Source: Solirubrobacterales bacterium (GTDB taxonomy: Bacteria; Actinomycetota; Thermoleophilia; Solirubrobacterales; 70-9). Taken from it: a stretch of DNA of 53,239 bases. A program made the translations under genes and the position numbers. Under the pieces are notes generated by a model. It saw only the letters and a program-made list of their open reading frames with translations, made no database searches and had not been told where the DNA came from. The stretch is from positions 1 to 53,239 of the forward strand of contig DASTAR010000024.1 in the NCBI GenBank assembly GCA_035712505.1. The letters run 5' to 3'. Shown one piece after another: positions 1-7,628 of this stretch. The stretch's first letter is position 1. Every line of letters begins with the position of its first letter.

Positions 1-94
1 CGCCATTGGCCCATACGTTGACGCCGCACCCCGACGTGTCTGACTTCCTGCCCTCCTATAGGGGGCTGTGCTCAGACACGCCCCGCCGGGATAG

Positions 95-285
95 ACTCGG
101 GGCGTACATATCGGTCGGTGGTCAAGGGAAGTCCGGTGTGAGTCCGGCGTGGTCCCGCCACTGTGACCGGGTGGAGGAGTTCGCGGGCGCCCTTGGGGCG
201 TCAGCCACTGGAGGCGACACCGAGCCTCCGGGAAGGCGCGTCCTCCCTGATCCCGGAAGCCAGGAGACCTGTCCCCGGCCCAGCC
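95..285 (+). promoter_or_regulatory. Cobalamin (AdoCbl) riboswitch; boundaries approximate
   Basis: Core read directly: ggtcaagggaagtccggtgtgagtccggcgtggtcccgccactgtgacc (120-168), B12-box-like gccactgg (204-211), gggaaggc (230-237), and the 3' signature ccggaagccaggagacctg (253-271). It lies just 5' of a transporter operon. Confidence 0.9.
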
Positions 286-315
286 AAATCAACCCTCGAG
301 GAAAGGGTGGCGTAA

Positions 316-1071
316 ATGCCAAGAATCACCCCGTCCCGGCTTGCCGCTGCGTGCGCGCTGGCCATCACTCTCTCCATGGCCCTGGCCGCGGGCGCTACGG
401 CCGCCGGCTTCAAGGCCGAGCTGCGCGTCGTCGGCAGCGGCGGCAAAGTGCTCGCCGAAAAGCCGGTCGCGACCGCGACCACCACGGTCAAGACCGACCC
501 CAAGGCCGAATGCTTCGGCAAGGGCTCCGGCGGCAGCGGCAACCCGGTCACGATCAAGGGCAACACCGCGATGGGCCTGCTCGCCCGCGCCTCCAAGTCG
601 ACCCCGGCGCTGAGCCCGCTCTCGATCAGCGACAGCTTCGACTTCGGCCTGGCGCTCTGCGGGGTCGGGCGGAGCGTCGCCAAGGGCAGCTCGTCCTGGT
701 ACCTGAAGGTCAACCACAGGTCGCTTTCGGTGGGCGGCGACGTCGCGAAGATCCACTCGGGCGACGAAGTGCTCTACGCGCTGGTCAAGACCGAAGCGCC
801 GAGCTACAAGTACCCCGAAGAGCTGGTGCTGAGCGGGCCGGGCACCGCCAGGGCCGGCGTGCCGTTCCCGGTGCGTGTCCTGTCCTACGACGAAAAGGGG
901 AAGAGCAAGCCGGCGGCCGGCGTGAAGGTCACGGGCGCGAGCGCGCCGACCGGCGCCGACGGCCGCACGATGGTGACGCTGAACAAGCCGGCGCAGCTGA
1001 TGGCGACCGGGGCGGGGGAGATCCCCTCGGCCCGCGAGCCGGTCTGCATCGGCCGCAAGTGCCCGAAGTGA
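316..1071 (+). CDS. Secreted DUF4430-like protein (transcobalamin beta-domain-like)
   Basis: N-terminal signal peptide (LAAACALAITLSMALAAGATAAG). DUF4430-like pattern (NTAMGLL...SSSWYLKVNHRSLSVGGDVAKIHSGDEVLY). First gene after the riboswitch. Confidence 0.75.
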   Translation: MPRITPSRLAAACALAITLSMALAAGATAAGFKAELRVVGSGGKVLAEKPVATATTTVKTDPKAECFGKGSGGSGNPVTIKGNTAMGLLARASKSTPALSPLSISDSFDFGLALCGVGRSVAKGSSSWYLKVNHRSLSVGGDVAKIHSGDEVLYALVKTEAPSYKYPEELVLSGPGTARAGVPFPVRVLSYDEKGKSKPAAGVKVTGASAPTGADGRTMVTLNKPAQLMATGAGEIPSAREPVCIGRKCPK

Positions 1072-1087
1072 CGGGGCGCGACCCGAG

Positions 1088-2050
1088 ATGACCCCTCGCC
1101 GTGGCACGGCGGCTGCGATCGCGCTGCTCGGAGCAGCGCTCGCGGCCGCCGGCTGCGGCCTCGGCCCCGGCGTCGACGTCGGCTCGGTCGAGCTGACGGT
1201 GACGCGTGAATTCGGTCGTGAGCCGGTGCTGCAGCGCTCGCTGCAGGCGAAGGAATCCGACACGGTGATGCGGGCGACCGAAGCGAACGCCGAGGTCGAG
1301 ACCCGCTACGGCGGCGGCTTCGTCCACTCGATCGACGGCACCGCCGAGGGCGAACACGGCGGCGATCCCTACGACTGGTTCTTCTTCGTCGACGGAGTCG
1401 AGTCCCCCGTCGGCGCCGCCGAAGTCGACCTGAAGGGCGGCGAGCGCGTCTGGTGGGACTACCGCGACTGGTCGGCGACGAACCACGTCCCCGCGGTGGT
1501 CGGCTCCTGGCCCGCGCCGTTCGTCGACGGGGTGGCGGGGAAGCACTACCCGGTCGTGGTCGATTGCGCGAACGCAAAGCGTGGTTCCTTTGTCCGGCTA
1601 TACCGGACAAAGGAACCACGAGCTGCTTGGGGTGCCGCTTGCGCCCAGGTGCTGGCGGCGCTGGAACGCGAAGGGGCGGCGCTTGCGCCGGGCTCGGCCA
1701 AGAGCGCGATCCGCGTTCTCGTCGGGCCTTGGGACCGCCTGCGGCAGGATCCGGCGGCACGGTTGGTGGAAGACGGCCCTGCGGAAAGCGGGATCTACGC
1801 GGACTTCAAGGGAAATGATCTCGTGGCGTTGGACGAAGCCGGGAACGAGGCGCGCACCCTCGGCCCACACGCAGGCCTCGTCGCAGCGACGAGCCGCTAC
1901 GGCGGGCCGCCGGTATGGCTGGTCACCGGCGGGACGGCGGCGGCGGTGCGAGCAGCCGCAGGCGCAATGGACGAGCAGCACCTGCGCGACCATTACGCGG
2001 TGGCGATCGAACACGGACACGAGATGCCGCTGCCGGAAGCGGGGCGATGA
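1088..2050 (+). CDS. DUF4430 lipoprotein carrying an in-frame Family A palindrome
   Basis: Lipobox LAAAGC. Clear DUF4430 signature (YGGGFVHSIDG...DWFFFVDGVESPVGAAEVDLKGGERVWWDY). Its stop overlaps the next start (ATGA at 2047-2050). Confidence 0.8.
   Translation: MTPRRGTAAAIALLGAALAAAGCGLGPGVDVGSVELTVTREFGREPVLQRSLQAKESDTVMRATEANAEVETRYGGGFVHSIDGTAEGEHGGDPYDWFFFVDGVESPVGAAEVDLKGGERVWWDYRDWSATNHVPAVVGSWPAPFVDGVAGKHYPVVVDCANAKRGSFVRLYRTKEPRAAWGAACAQVLAALEREGAALAPGSAKSAIRVLVGPWDRLRQDPAARLVEDGPAESGIYADFKGNDLVALDEAGNEARTLGPHAGLVAATSRYGGPPVWLVTGGTAAAVRAAAGAMDEQHLRDHYAVAIEHGHEMPLPEAGR
1581..1619. repeat. Family A palindromic element, copy A1 (perfect 17-bp arms, loop ctata)
   Basis: gtggttcctttgtccgg (1581-1597) and ccggacaaaggaaccac (1603-1619) are exact reverse complements. 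Sits inside CDS 1088..2050 and is translated as KRGSFVRLYRTKEP. Confidence 0.95.
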
Positions 2051-3006
2051 GGTCGTCGTTCGCTTACAAGCCGCAGCGGGGCCCGCTGCAGGATGCCTCG
2101 CCGGGTGCCGCCGTCGCCTACCTCGGCGCGATTGTCGCCGTCGCCTTCCTCTACCTCAACCCGCTGATCCTGCTTGCCGCCGGCGTCGCGGCGGCGCTGG
2201 CCGGTGCCCTCGCCGGCGCGAGCCTCGCCGTGCGGTCGGGATTGCGGATGGGGCTTTCGCTGTTCCTGCTCGTGACCGTGGTCAACGCCCTGGTCACGAG
2301 CCGGGGGGAGACCGTGGTGGCGCGGCTGGGCCACTGGCCGCTGCTGGGGCGGGTCGACGTCACCCTCGAGGCGGTCGTCGCCGGCGTCTCCTACGGCCTC
2401 ATCGCGGCGGCGACGATCGTCGCTTTCGCCGTCTACTCCGCCTGCGTGGACCCGGATCGCGTCCTGCGGGCAATGCGCCCGATCGCGGGGCGCTCGGCGC
2501 TCACCGCGACGCTGGTCTCGCGCCTGGTCCCGGTCGCCGCCGCCGACGCCGCCCGGCTGCGCGATGCGGCCACCCTGCGCGGCCCCGGCGCCGCCCCAGT
2601 CGGCAAGGGGCCGCTGGCGCGCCGCCTGCTCGCCGGGTCCCTCGACCGGGCCGTCGACGTCGCCGCCACCCTCGAGCTGCGCGGCTACAGCCTCGACGCT
2701 CCCCGCGCCCGCAACCGCCGCTCCCGTTCCCGCTACGACCGGCGCTTCTACGCCGCCGCCGCAGCCGTCCTCTTCACCGCGATCGCCGGCAAGCTCCTGG
2801 GGGCCGACGACTTCCAGGCCTACCCGGCGATCACGATCGGCCTCGGCCCCGCCACCTTTGCCGTTGCGGCAGTGGTCCTCCTCAGCGGCCTCGCACCCCT
2901 GAAGCGTTCGGCACGCCGCAAGAGGCCTGCCGACGGGACGAAAACGGGCCTATATAGATCGAAATCGTCCCGTCAGCGGATGAAGGAGGCGGCGGCGCGT
3001 GTCTAA
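2047..3006 (+). CDS. ECF transporter transmembrane (T) component, CbiQ/EcfT family
   Basis: Multi-TM protein with an Arg-rich cytoplasmic segment (AARLRDAATLRG...LDRAVDVAATLELRGY) typical of EcfT/CbiQ. Coupled to the upstream gene by ATGA. Its 3' tail runs through repeat B1. Confidence 0.75.
   Translation: MRSSFAYKPQRGPLQDASPGAAVAYLGAIVAVAFLYLNPLILLAAGVAAALAGALAGASLAVRSGLRMGLSLFLLVTVVNALVTSRGETVVARLGHWPLLGRVDVTLEAVVAGVSYGLIAAATIVAFAVYSACVDPDRVLRAMRPIAGRSALTATLVSRLVPVAAADAARLRDAATLRGPGAAPVGKGPLARRLLAGSLDRAVDVAATLELRGYSLDAPRARNRRSRSRYDRRFYAAAAAVLFTAIAGKLLGADDFQAYPAITIGLGPATFAVAAVVLLSGLAPLKRSARRKRPADGTKTGLYRSKSSRQRMKEAAARV
2927..2980 (+). repeat. Family B hairpin element, copy B1
   Basis: ccgacgggacga ... 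tcgtcccgtcagcgg inverted arms around the loop aaacgggcctatatagatcgaaa. Near-identical copies lie at 7571-7623 and 19538-19590. Confidence 0.9.
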
Positions 3007-4687
3007 GCTGGCGATCAGGCGGGGGGCGGCGCCAGCGCTTGTGGTAGGGGGTCTGAGTTACTCGTATCCGCAGGGACTGCAGGGCGAGGACGCGGCCCCG
3101 AAGCGGGCGCTGGAGGGCGTCTCGCTCGAGGTGGCGCCGGGGGAGTTCGTGCTCCTCGCCGGCCGCTCCGCCTCTGGGAAGTCGACGCTGCTGAAAGCCG
3201 CCTGCGGGCTGGTGCCCCACTTTCACGGGGGCGAGGTCGAAGGCGAGGTGCGCGTAGCCGGGATCGACGCGCTCGGGGCCGGCCCGGCCGATCTCGCCGC
3301 CGCCGTCGGATACCTCGCCCAGGATCCGGAGACGCAGGTCGTCTCGACCACCGTGGCCGCCGAGATCGAGCTGCCGCTGGAGATGCGCGGCGAAGCGCCT
3401 GCCGCCCGCGCCCGCGCCGTCGAGGAGGTGGCGCTGGCGCTGGCGATCCCGCACCTTCTGGACCGCGCCGTCGACACCCTCTCCGGAGGGGAGCTGCAGC
3501 GCGTCGCCCTCGCCGCCGCCCTCGTCACCCGCCCGCGCCTGATCCTCCTCGACGAGCCGACCTCCCAGCTCGACCCGGTCGCGGGCGACGAGCTGATCTG
3601 GCTGCTGCGGCGCCTCAACGAGGAGTGGGGGGTGGCGGTCCTGCTCGCCGAACACCGGCTGGAGCGGTGCCTGGCGGCGGCGGACCGGGTGGTGGCGATG
3701 GAGAAGGGCGGCGTTGCCTTTGACGGGTCGCCCGCGGATTTTTTGGCGTGGTCGCATGAGAGCGATGCTGCCCTCTCGACCCCCGCCGCGCGGCTCTTCT
3801 CGCTCGCCGAGATAGAGCCGCTGCCTGTGGGCGTCCGCGATGCACGACAGACGCTGCGGAGGACGGGGATCGCGCACCCTCCGACTCGCTTGGTGAGGAG
3901 GATGCGCGATCCCCGTCCTGCCGACGCGGTCTTGAAGTCGAACGACCTTTGGGTCGAGCTCGACCGCGGGGACGAGCAGCGCGACGTGCTGCGCGGCATC
4001 GACCTCGAGGTGAGGCCGGGCGAACGAGTCGCCTTGATGGGACGTAACGGCGCGGGTAAGTCGACGCTGTTGCGCGCCGCAGCGGGGTTGCATGAGCCGG
4101 TCGCGGGGAAGATCGAGGCCGAGTCGATCGCTCTCCTCACCCAGAATCCGAGTGACTACCTCGTCCGCGAGCGGGCCGGTGATGAGCTGCCCGGGGAGGA
4201 GGGGATGGCGGCGTTGCGAATGGTCGGCCTCGAGCACGCGGTCGACGCCGATCCACGCGACCTCTCGGGCGGCGAGCGACAGCGCTTGGCGCTGGCGATC
4301 GCGTTGGCGGGCCGAATGAGCGGCGAGCAGCTCCCGAGCCTCGTCGCTCTCGACGAGCCCACCCGTGGGATGGACCGCGCGCGCAAGGAGGAACTCGTCG
4401 CGCTGATTGGCGCCCTTGCGGAGGATGTCGACTTAGTTACCCATGAGGTAACTAAGTCGACAGGCCCCGCAGCGGTCGTCGTCGCAACCCATGACGTCGA
4501 GTTCGCCGCCGCCTGCGCCGAGCGCGTGGTCCTCTTGGGCGAAGGCGTCGTCATCGCCGACGGGCCGATGGAGGAGATCCTCTCGGGCGGCTGGTACTTC
4601 GCGACCGAGGTCGCGCGGGTGCTCGACCTGCCGGGGGTCGTCACGCCCGAGCAGGGCGCGGCTGTCCTGAAGGAGGCGCTGGGATGA
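2999..4687 (+). CDS. Fused double ABC ATPase of an ECF transporter (EcfA1-EcfA2/CbiO-like)
   Basis: Two ABC cassettes. Walker A GRSASGKST with signature LSGGELQR; Walker A GRNGAGKST with signature LSGGERQR. GTG start preceded by gaaggagg (2982-2989). Confidence 0.9.
   Translation: MSKLAIRRGAAPALVVGGLSYSYPQGLQGEDAAPKRALEGVSLEVAPGEFVLLAGRSASGKSTLLKAACGLVPHFHGGEVEGEVRVAGIDALGAGPADLAAAVGYLAQDPETQVVSTTVAAEIELPLEMRGEAPAARARAVEEVALALAIPHLLDRAVDTLSGGELQRVALAAALVTRPRLILLDEPTSQLDPVAGDELIWLLRRLNEEWGVAVLLAEHRLERCLAAADRVVAMEKGGVAFDGSPADFLAWSHESDAALSTPAARLFSLAEIEPLPVGVRDARQTLRRTGIAHPPTRLVRRMRDPRPADAVLKSNDLWVELDRGDEQRDVLRGIDLEVRPGERVALMGRNGAGKSTLLRAAAGLHEPVAGKIEAESIALLTQNPSDYLVRERAGDELPGEEGMAALRMVGLEHAVDADPRDLSGGERQRLALAIALAGRMSGEQLPSLVALDEPTRGMDRARKEELVALIGALAEDVDLVTHEVTKSTGPAAVVVATHDVEFAAACAERVVLLGEGVVIADGPMEEILSGGWYFATEVARVLDLPGVVTPEQGAAVLKEALG
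4427..4461. repeat. Unique 35-bp perfect palindrome (15-bp arms, loop catga) inside the ATPase CDS
   Basis: gtcgacttagttacc (4427-4441) and ggtaactaagtcgac (4447-4461) are exact reverse complements. AT-richer than its surroundings. Translated in frame as VDLVTHEVTKST. Confidence 0.95.
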
Positions 4688-6723
4688 GCTGGCAGCTGAC
4701 GAGCTTCGTCATCCTCGGCCTCGTCCTCCTCGGCGGCTTCGCCTGGTACGAGCGCTCGCGGCCGCCGTCCCAGGTGGTCGCCCTGGTGGCGGCCCTCGCG
4801 GCGCTGGCGATCGCCGGCCGCATCGCCTTCGCCGCCTTCCCCAACGTCAAGCCGACCACCGACATCGTCGTCTTCGCCGGTTACGCCCTCGGCGGCGCCC
4901 CGGGCTTCGCCGTCGGCGCCCTCGCCGCGCTGGTCTCCAACTTCTGGTTCGGCCAGGGACCGTGGACGCCGTGGCAGATGGCGGGATGGGGCCTCTGCGG
5001 GATCGTCGGGGCGCTGCTCGCCCTCGGCACGCGCAACGCGGGCCGCTTCGGCCTCGCCGCCATCTGCGGGTTTGCAGCCGTTTTGTACGGGGCTCTGCTG
5101 AACTTCTCTTTGATGGCGACCTACGGGGCAGACCTGTCGTGGAAGCAGTTCTGGCTGCTCGAGGGGCGCGCGGTGCCGTTCGAAGTCGCCCACTTCACCG
5201 GCAACGTCGTCTTCGCGCTGGTCGCCGGGCCGGCGATGGTGCGGATGCTCGTCCGCTTCCGGGAGCGTTTCGAATGGCAGCGGTGCTCCCCGACGGAGAC
5301 TCCGAGGGACCCCGGTCGCGGCTTCGGCGGCGCCCTGCGCAGCGGCGGCGTCGCGGCGCTGCTCCTCGTCCTCCTTGCCGGGGTCTCCGCGCCGACCGCC
5401 CACGCGGACGCGGCCGGAGAAGCCGCTTCCGTCGGTCGCGCCCTGCACTGGCTCGAAGCGCAGCAGCGCCCGAGCGGCGGCTTCGCCGCCGACAGCAGCC
5501 GCGAACCCGGCGCCGAAATCACCTCCTGGGTGATGCTGGCCCTCGCCGCCGCGGGACGTAATCCCCTCGACGTGGCAAAGGACGGCAAGACGCCCGTCGA
5601 TTTCCTCCGCTCCCACGCGGACGAAATCAAGGACGCCGGCGACGTCGCCCGCACGATCCTCGCCCTGGAGGTCGCCGGAGCCGACCCCCGCCAGTTCGCC
5701 GGCGAAAACCTCGTCGCCCGCCTGCTCGCGCAGCGGCGGCAGGACGGCTCCTACCAGGGCTGGCCGGCGACCAGCGCCTACGCGGTGCTGGCGCTGCGGG
5801 CGGCGGGTGCGAACGACGCGACTGCGGCGACCGTCGACTGGCTGCGCAAGGTGCAGGGCAAGGACGGCGGCTGGGGGAACGAACCCGGCGACCCCAGCAC
5901 CTCCGAGATCACCGGCGCCGCCCTGCAGGTGCTGGCGCCGGGGTCGGAGGCCAGCGAACGCGCGCTCGGCTACCTGCGCGAGGCGAAGCGGCGCAACGGC
6001 GGCTTCGCGCCCGGCAACAACCTCGAAGCCAACGCCCAGGCGACTGCCTGGGCCTGCGAGGGGCTGCTGGCGGCAGGCAAGGACCCGGCGGACTTCGGCT
6101 CGGGCAAGAGCTCGCTCGCCTACCTGCGCGACCTGCAGGCCAGCGACGGCCACTTCCTCCAGGCGCCGGGGCAGGAAGCCTCCCCGGTCTGGGTGACCGC
6201 CGACGTCCTCGTCCCCCTCGCCGGCGCCCACCTGCCGATCTCGGCGCCGCCGCGCCAGCCAAAACCGTCGAGTAACCCGGACAGCCACGGCACCCCCTCC
6301 GCGTCCAGCGGGGGGGTCCTGCCGTCGAGCGTCCCGCCGTCGAGCGTCCCGCCGTCGAGCGTTCCGTCCACCGGCACCCCGCCGCCGAGCTCCGGCCAGA
6401 CCCCGCTGGAATTCCTCGAACAGGTCGAAGAAGGTGGAAGCGGCGCGACGGGAGGTTCGGCGCCCTCCGGCGACGGAGGGCAGGGCGTGAAGCCCCCGGG
6501 CATAGCTGGCGGAGGTCAGCTCCCCCAGGAAGCCATCACCCCAGCTCCCGCCCCGGAAACCCCGCTGCCGAGCGAGGCATCCGGAGAACCGGCCTCCGAA
6601 CCGACCGAAGGGTCGAGCAGCACCGCCGGCGCGATCGTCCTCGGTCTCCTCGTCGGCTGCGTCCTCTTCGGCCTCGGCCTGGCGGCCCGCAGGGGCTGGA
6701 TGCACTGGCGCTACGGCCTGTAA
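4684..6723 (+). CDS. Fusion protein: ECF S-component-like membrane domain + prenyltransferase/terpene-cyclase-repeat (alpha/alpha toroid) domain + Pro/Ser linker + C-terminal TM anchor
   Basis: N-terminal ~200 aa has 5-6 TM helices (NVKPTTDIVVFAGYALG motif). The middle has repeated QxxDGG(F/W) motifs (QQRPSGGF, QRRQDGSY, QGKDGGWG, KRRNGGF, QASDGHF). The C-terminus has a TM helix (AIVLGLLVGCVLFGLGLAA). ATGA overlap with the ATPase gene. Confidence 0.75.
   Translation: MSWQLTSFVILGLVLLGGFAWYERSRPPSQVVALVAALAALAIAGRIAFAAFPNVKPTTDIVVFAGYALGGAPGFAVGALAALVSNFWFGQGPWTPWQMAGWGLCGIVGALLALGTRNAGRFGLAAICGFAAVLYGALLNFSLMATYGADLSWKQFWLLEGRAVPFEVAHFTGNVVFALVAGPAMVRMLVRFRERFEWQRCSPTETPRDPGRGFGGALRSGGVAALLLVLLAGVSAPTAHADAAGEAASVGRALHWLEAQQRPSGGFAADSSREPGAEITSWVMLALAAAGRNPLDVAKDGKTPVDFLRSHADEIKDAGDVARTILALEVAGADPRQFAGENLVARLLAQRRQDGSYQGWPATSAYAVLALRAAGANDATAATVDWLRKVQGKDGGWGNEPGDPSTSEITGAALQVLAPGSEASERALGYLREAKRRNGGFAPGNNLEANAQATAWACEGLLAAGKDPADFGSGKSSLAYLRDLQASDGHFLQAPGQEASPVWVTADVLVPLAGAHLPISAPPRQPKPSSNPDSHGTPSASSGGVLPSSVPPSSVPPSSVPSTGTPPPSSGQTPLEFLEQVEEGGSGATGGSAPSGDGGQGVKPPGIAGGGQLPQEAITPAPAPETPLPSEASGEPASEPTEGSSSTAGAIVLGLLVGCVLFGLGLAARRGWMHWRYGL
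6321..6365 (+). repeat. 3 x 15-bp tandem repeat encoding (L/V)PSSV units
   Basis: gccgtcgagcgtccc occurs twice, then gccgtcgagcgttcc. Encodes PSSVPPSSVPPSSVP in the linker of CDS 4684..6723. Confidence 0.9.
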
Positions 6724-6799
6724 GTCACTGAATCGGCACGAAGTTGGCACGCAAATTTTTCGTTCATCGCGTGTTTCGTGACAGACAATCAGTTACGCT

Positions 6800-7042
6800 A
6801 TGCTCGTGGTGGTGATGACCCCGAGAGAGACCTGGACCGACGAGCGCCTTGACGAGTTCAAAGCGAGCGTCAATCATCGCTTCGACGAAGTCGACAAGCG
6901 GTTTGACCAGGTCGACAAGCGTTTGGACAGGATGGACGTAGATATTCGGGACCTCCGCCAGACGATGATCCACGGATTCTTCGTCCTAGTCGGGATCAAC
7001 GCGACGAGCACGCTCACGCTCATCGGGTTGCACGTCTTCTAG
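6800..7042 (+). CDS. Small coiled-coil protein with C-terminal TM helix (XhlA/DUF1640-like architecture)
   Basis: Heptad-like repeat region RFDEVDKRFDQVDKRLDRMDVDIRDLRQ followed by the hydrophobic tail HGFFVLVGINATSTLTLIGLHVF. Lower-GC stretch. Alternative start at 6815. Confidence 0.45.
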   Translation: MLVVVMTPRETWTDERLDEFKASVNHRFDEVDKRFDQVDKRLDRMDVDIRDLRQTMIHGFFVLVGINATSTLTLIGLHVF

Positions 7043-7057
7043 CTATACCCTCGGCGC

Positions 7058-7567
7058 ATGGACGTCGAGACCGCGATCCGCACCCGGCGCACGCACAAGG
7101 CGTTCGCCCCGGAGGCGCTGTCGCGCGAGCGGATCGATGAGCTGCTGGAGCTCGCTTCCTGGGCGCCGAATCACAATCTCACTGTGCCCTGGCGCTTCCG
7201 GGTGATCGGGCGGGAGACGCTGGGGCGGCTGAAGGCGGTCGCCGGCCCGGAGGGGGCGGCCAAGCTCGACCGGGCGCCGACGCTGATCGTCGTCTCCTGC
7301 GTCCTCAGCGGCGACCCGGTCGAAGAGGAAGAGGACCTGCACGCCACCGTCGCCGCCTCCTACATCGTCCTGCTGGCCGCCCACGCCCGCGGCCTGGCCG
7401 GGTACTGGCGGACTCCGGGCATCCTCCGCAGCGCCGAGGGCCGCGCCGCCGTCGGCCTCGGCGAAGAGGAGCGCTTCGTCGGGCTCCTGCACCTCGGCCA
7501 TCCGCGCCAGGACAAGCCGGCCCCCGAGCGTCCCGGCGCCGACCAGACCACGACCTACCTCGACTGA
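7058..7567 (+). CDS. Nitroreductase-family protein
   Basis: N-terminus AIRTRRTHKAFAPEALSRERIDELLELASWAPNHNLTVPWRFRVI is typical of the nitroreductase fold. Confidence 0.8.
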   Translation: MDVETAIRTRRTHKAFAPEALSRERIDELLELASWAPNHNLTVPWRFRVIGRETLGRLKAVAGPEGAAKLDRAPTLIVVSCVLSGDPVEEEEDLHATVAASYIVLLAAHARGLAGYWRTPGILRSAEGRAAVGLGEEERFVGLLHLGHPRQDKPAPERPGADQTTTYLD

Positions 7568-7570
7568 TGA

Positions 7571-7623
7571 GTGCCGACGGGACGAAAAGGGGCCTATATA
7601 GACGGAAATCGTCCCGTCGGCGG
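7571..7623 (+). repeat. Family B hairpin element, copy B2
   Basis: gtgccgacgggacgaaaaggggcctatatagacggaaatcgtcccgtcggcgg. Lies between the nitroreductase stop (7567) and the glpD start (7629/7632). Confidence 0.9.
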
Positions 7624-7628
7624 GGTTC

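Noticed and set aside
4156-6750. Very long antisense or out-of-frame ORFs. Examples: 4156..6750(-), 20249..23521(-), 14954..17179(-), 36535..38745(-), 7305..8993(-), 39294..41018(-), 6..1091(+).
   Set aside because: They overlap genes with clear family signatures on the other strand or frame. Their products are Arg/Pro/Gly/Ala-rich low-complexity strings, typical of stop-codon-poor high-GC DNA. No motifs were recognised.
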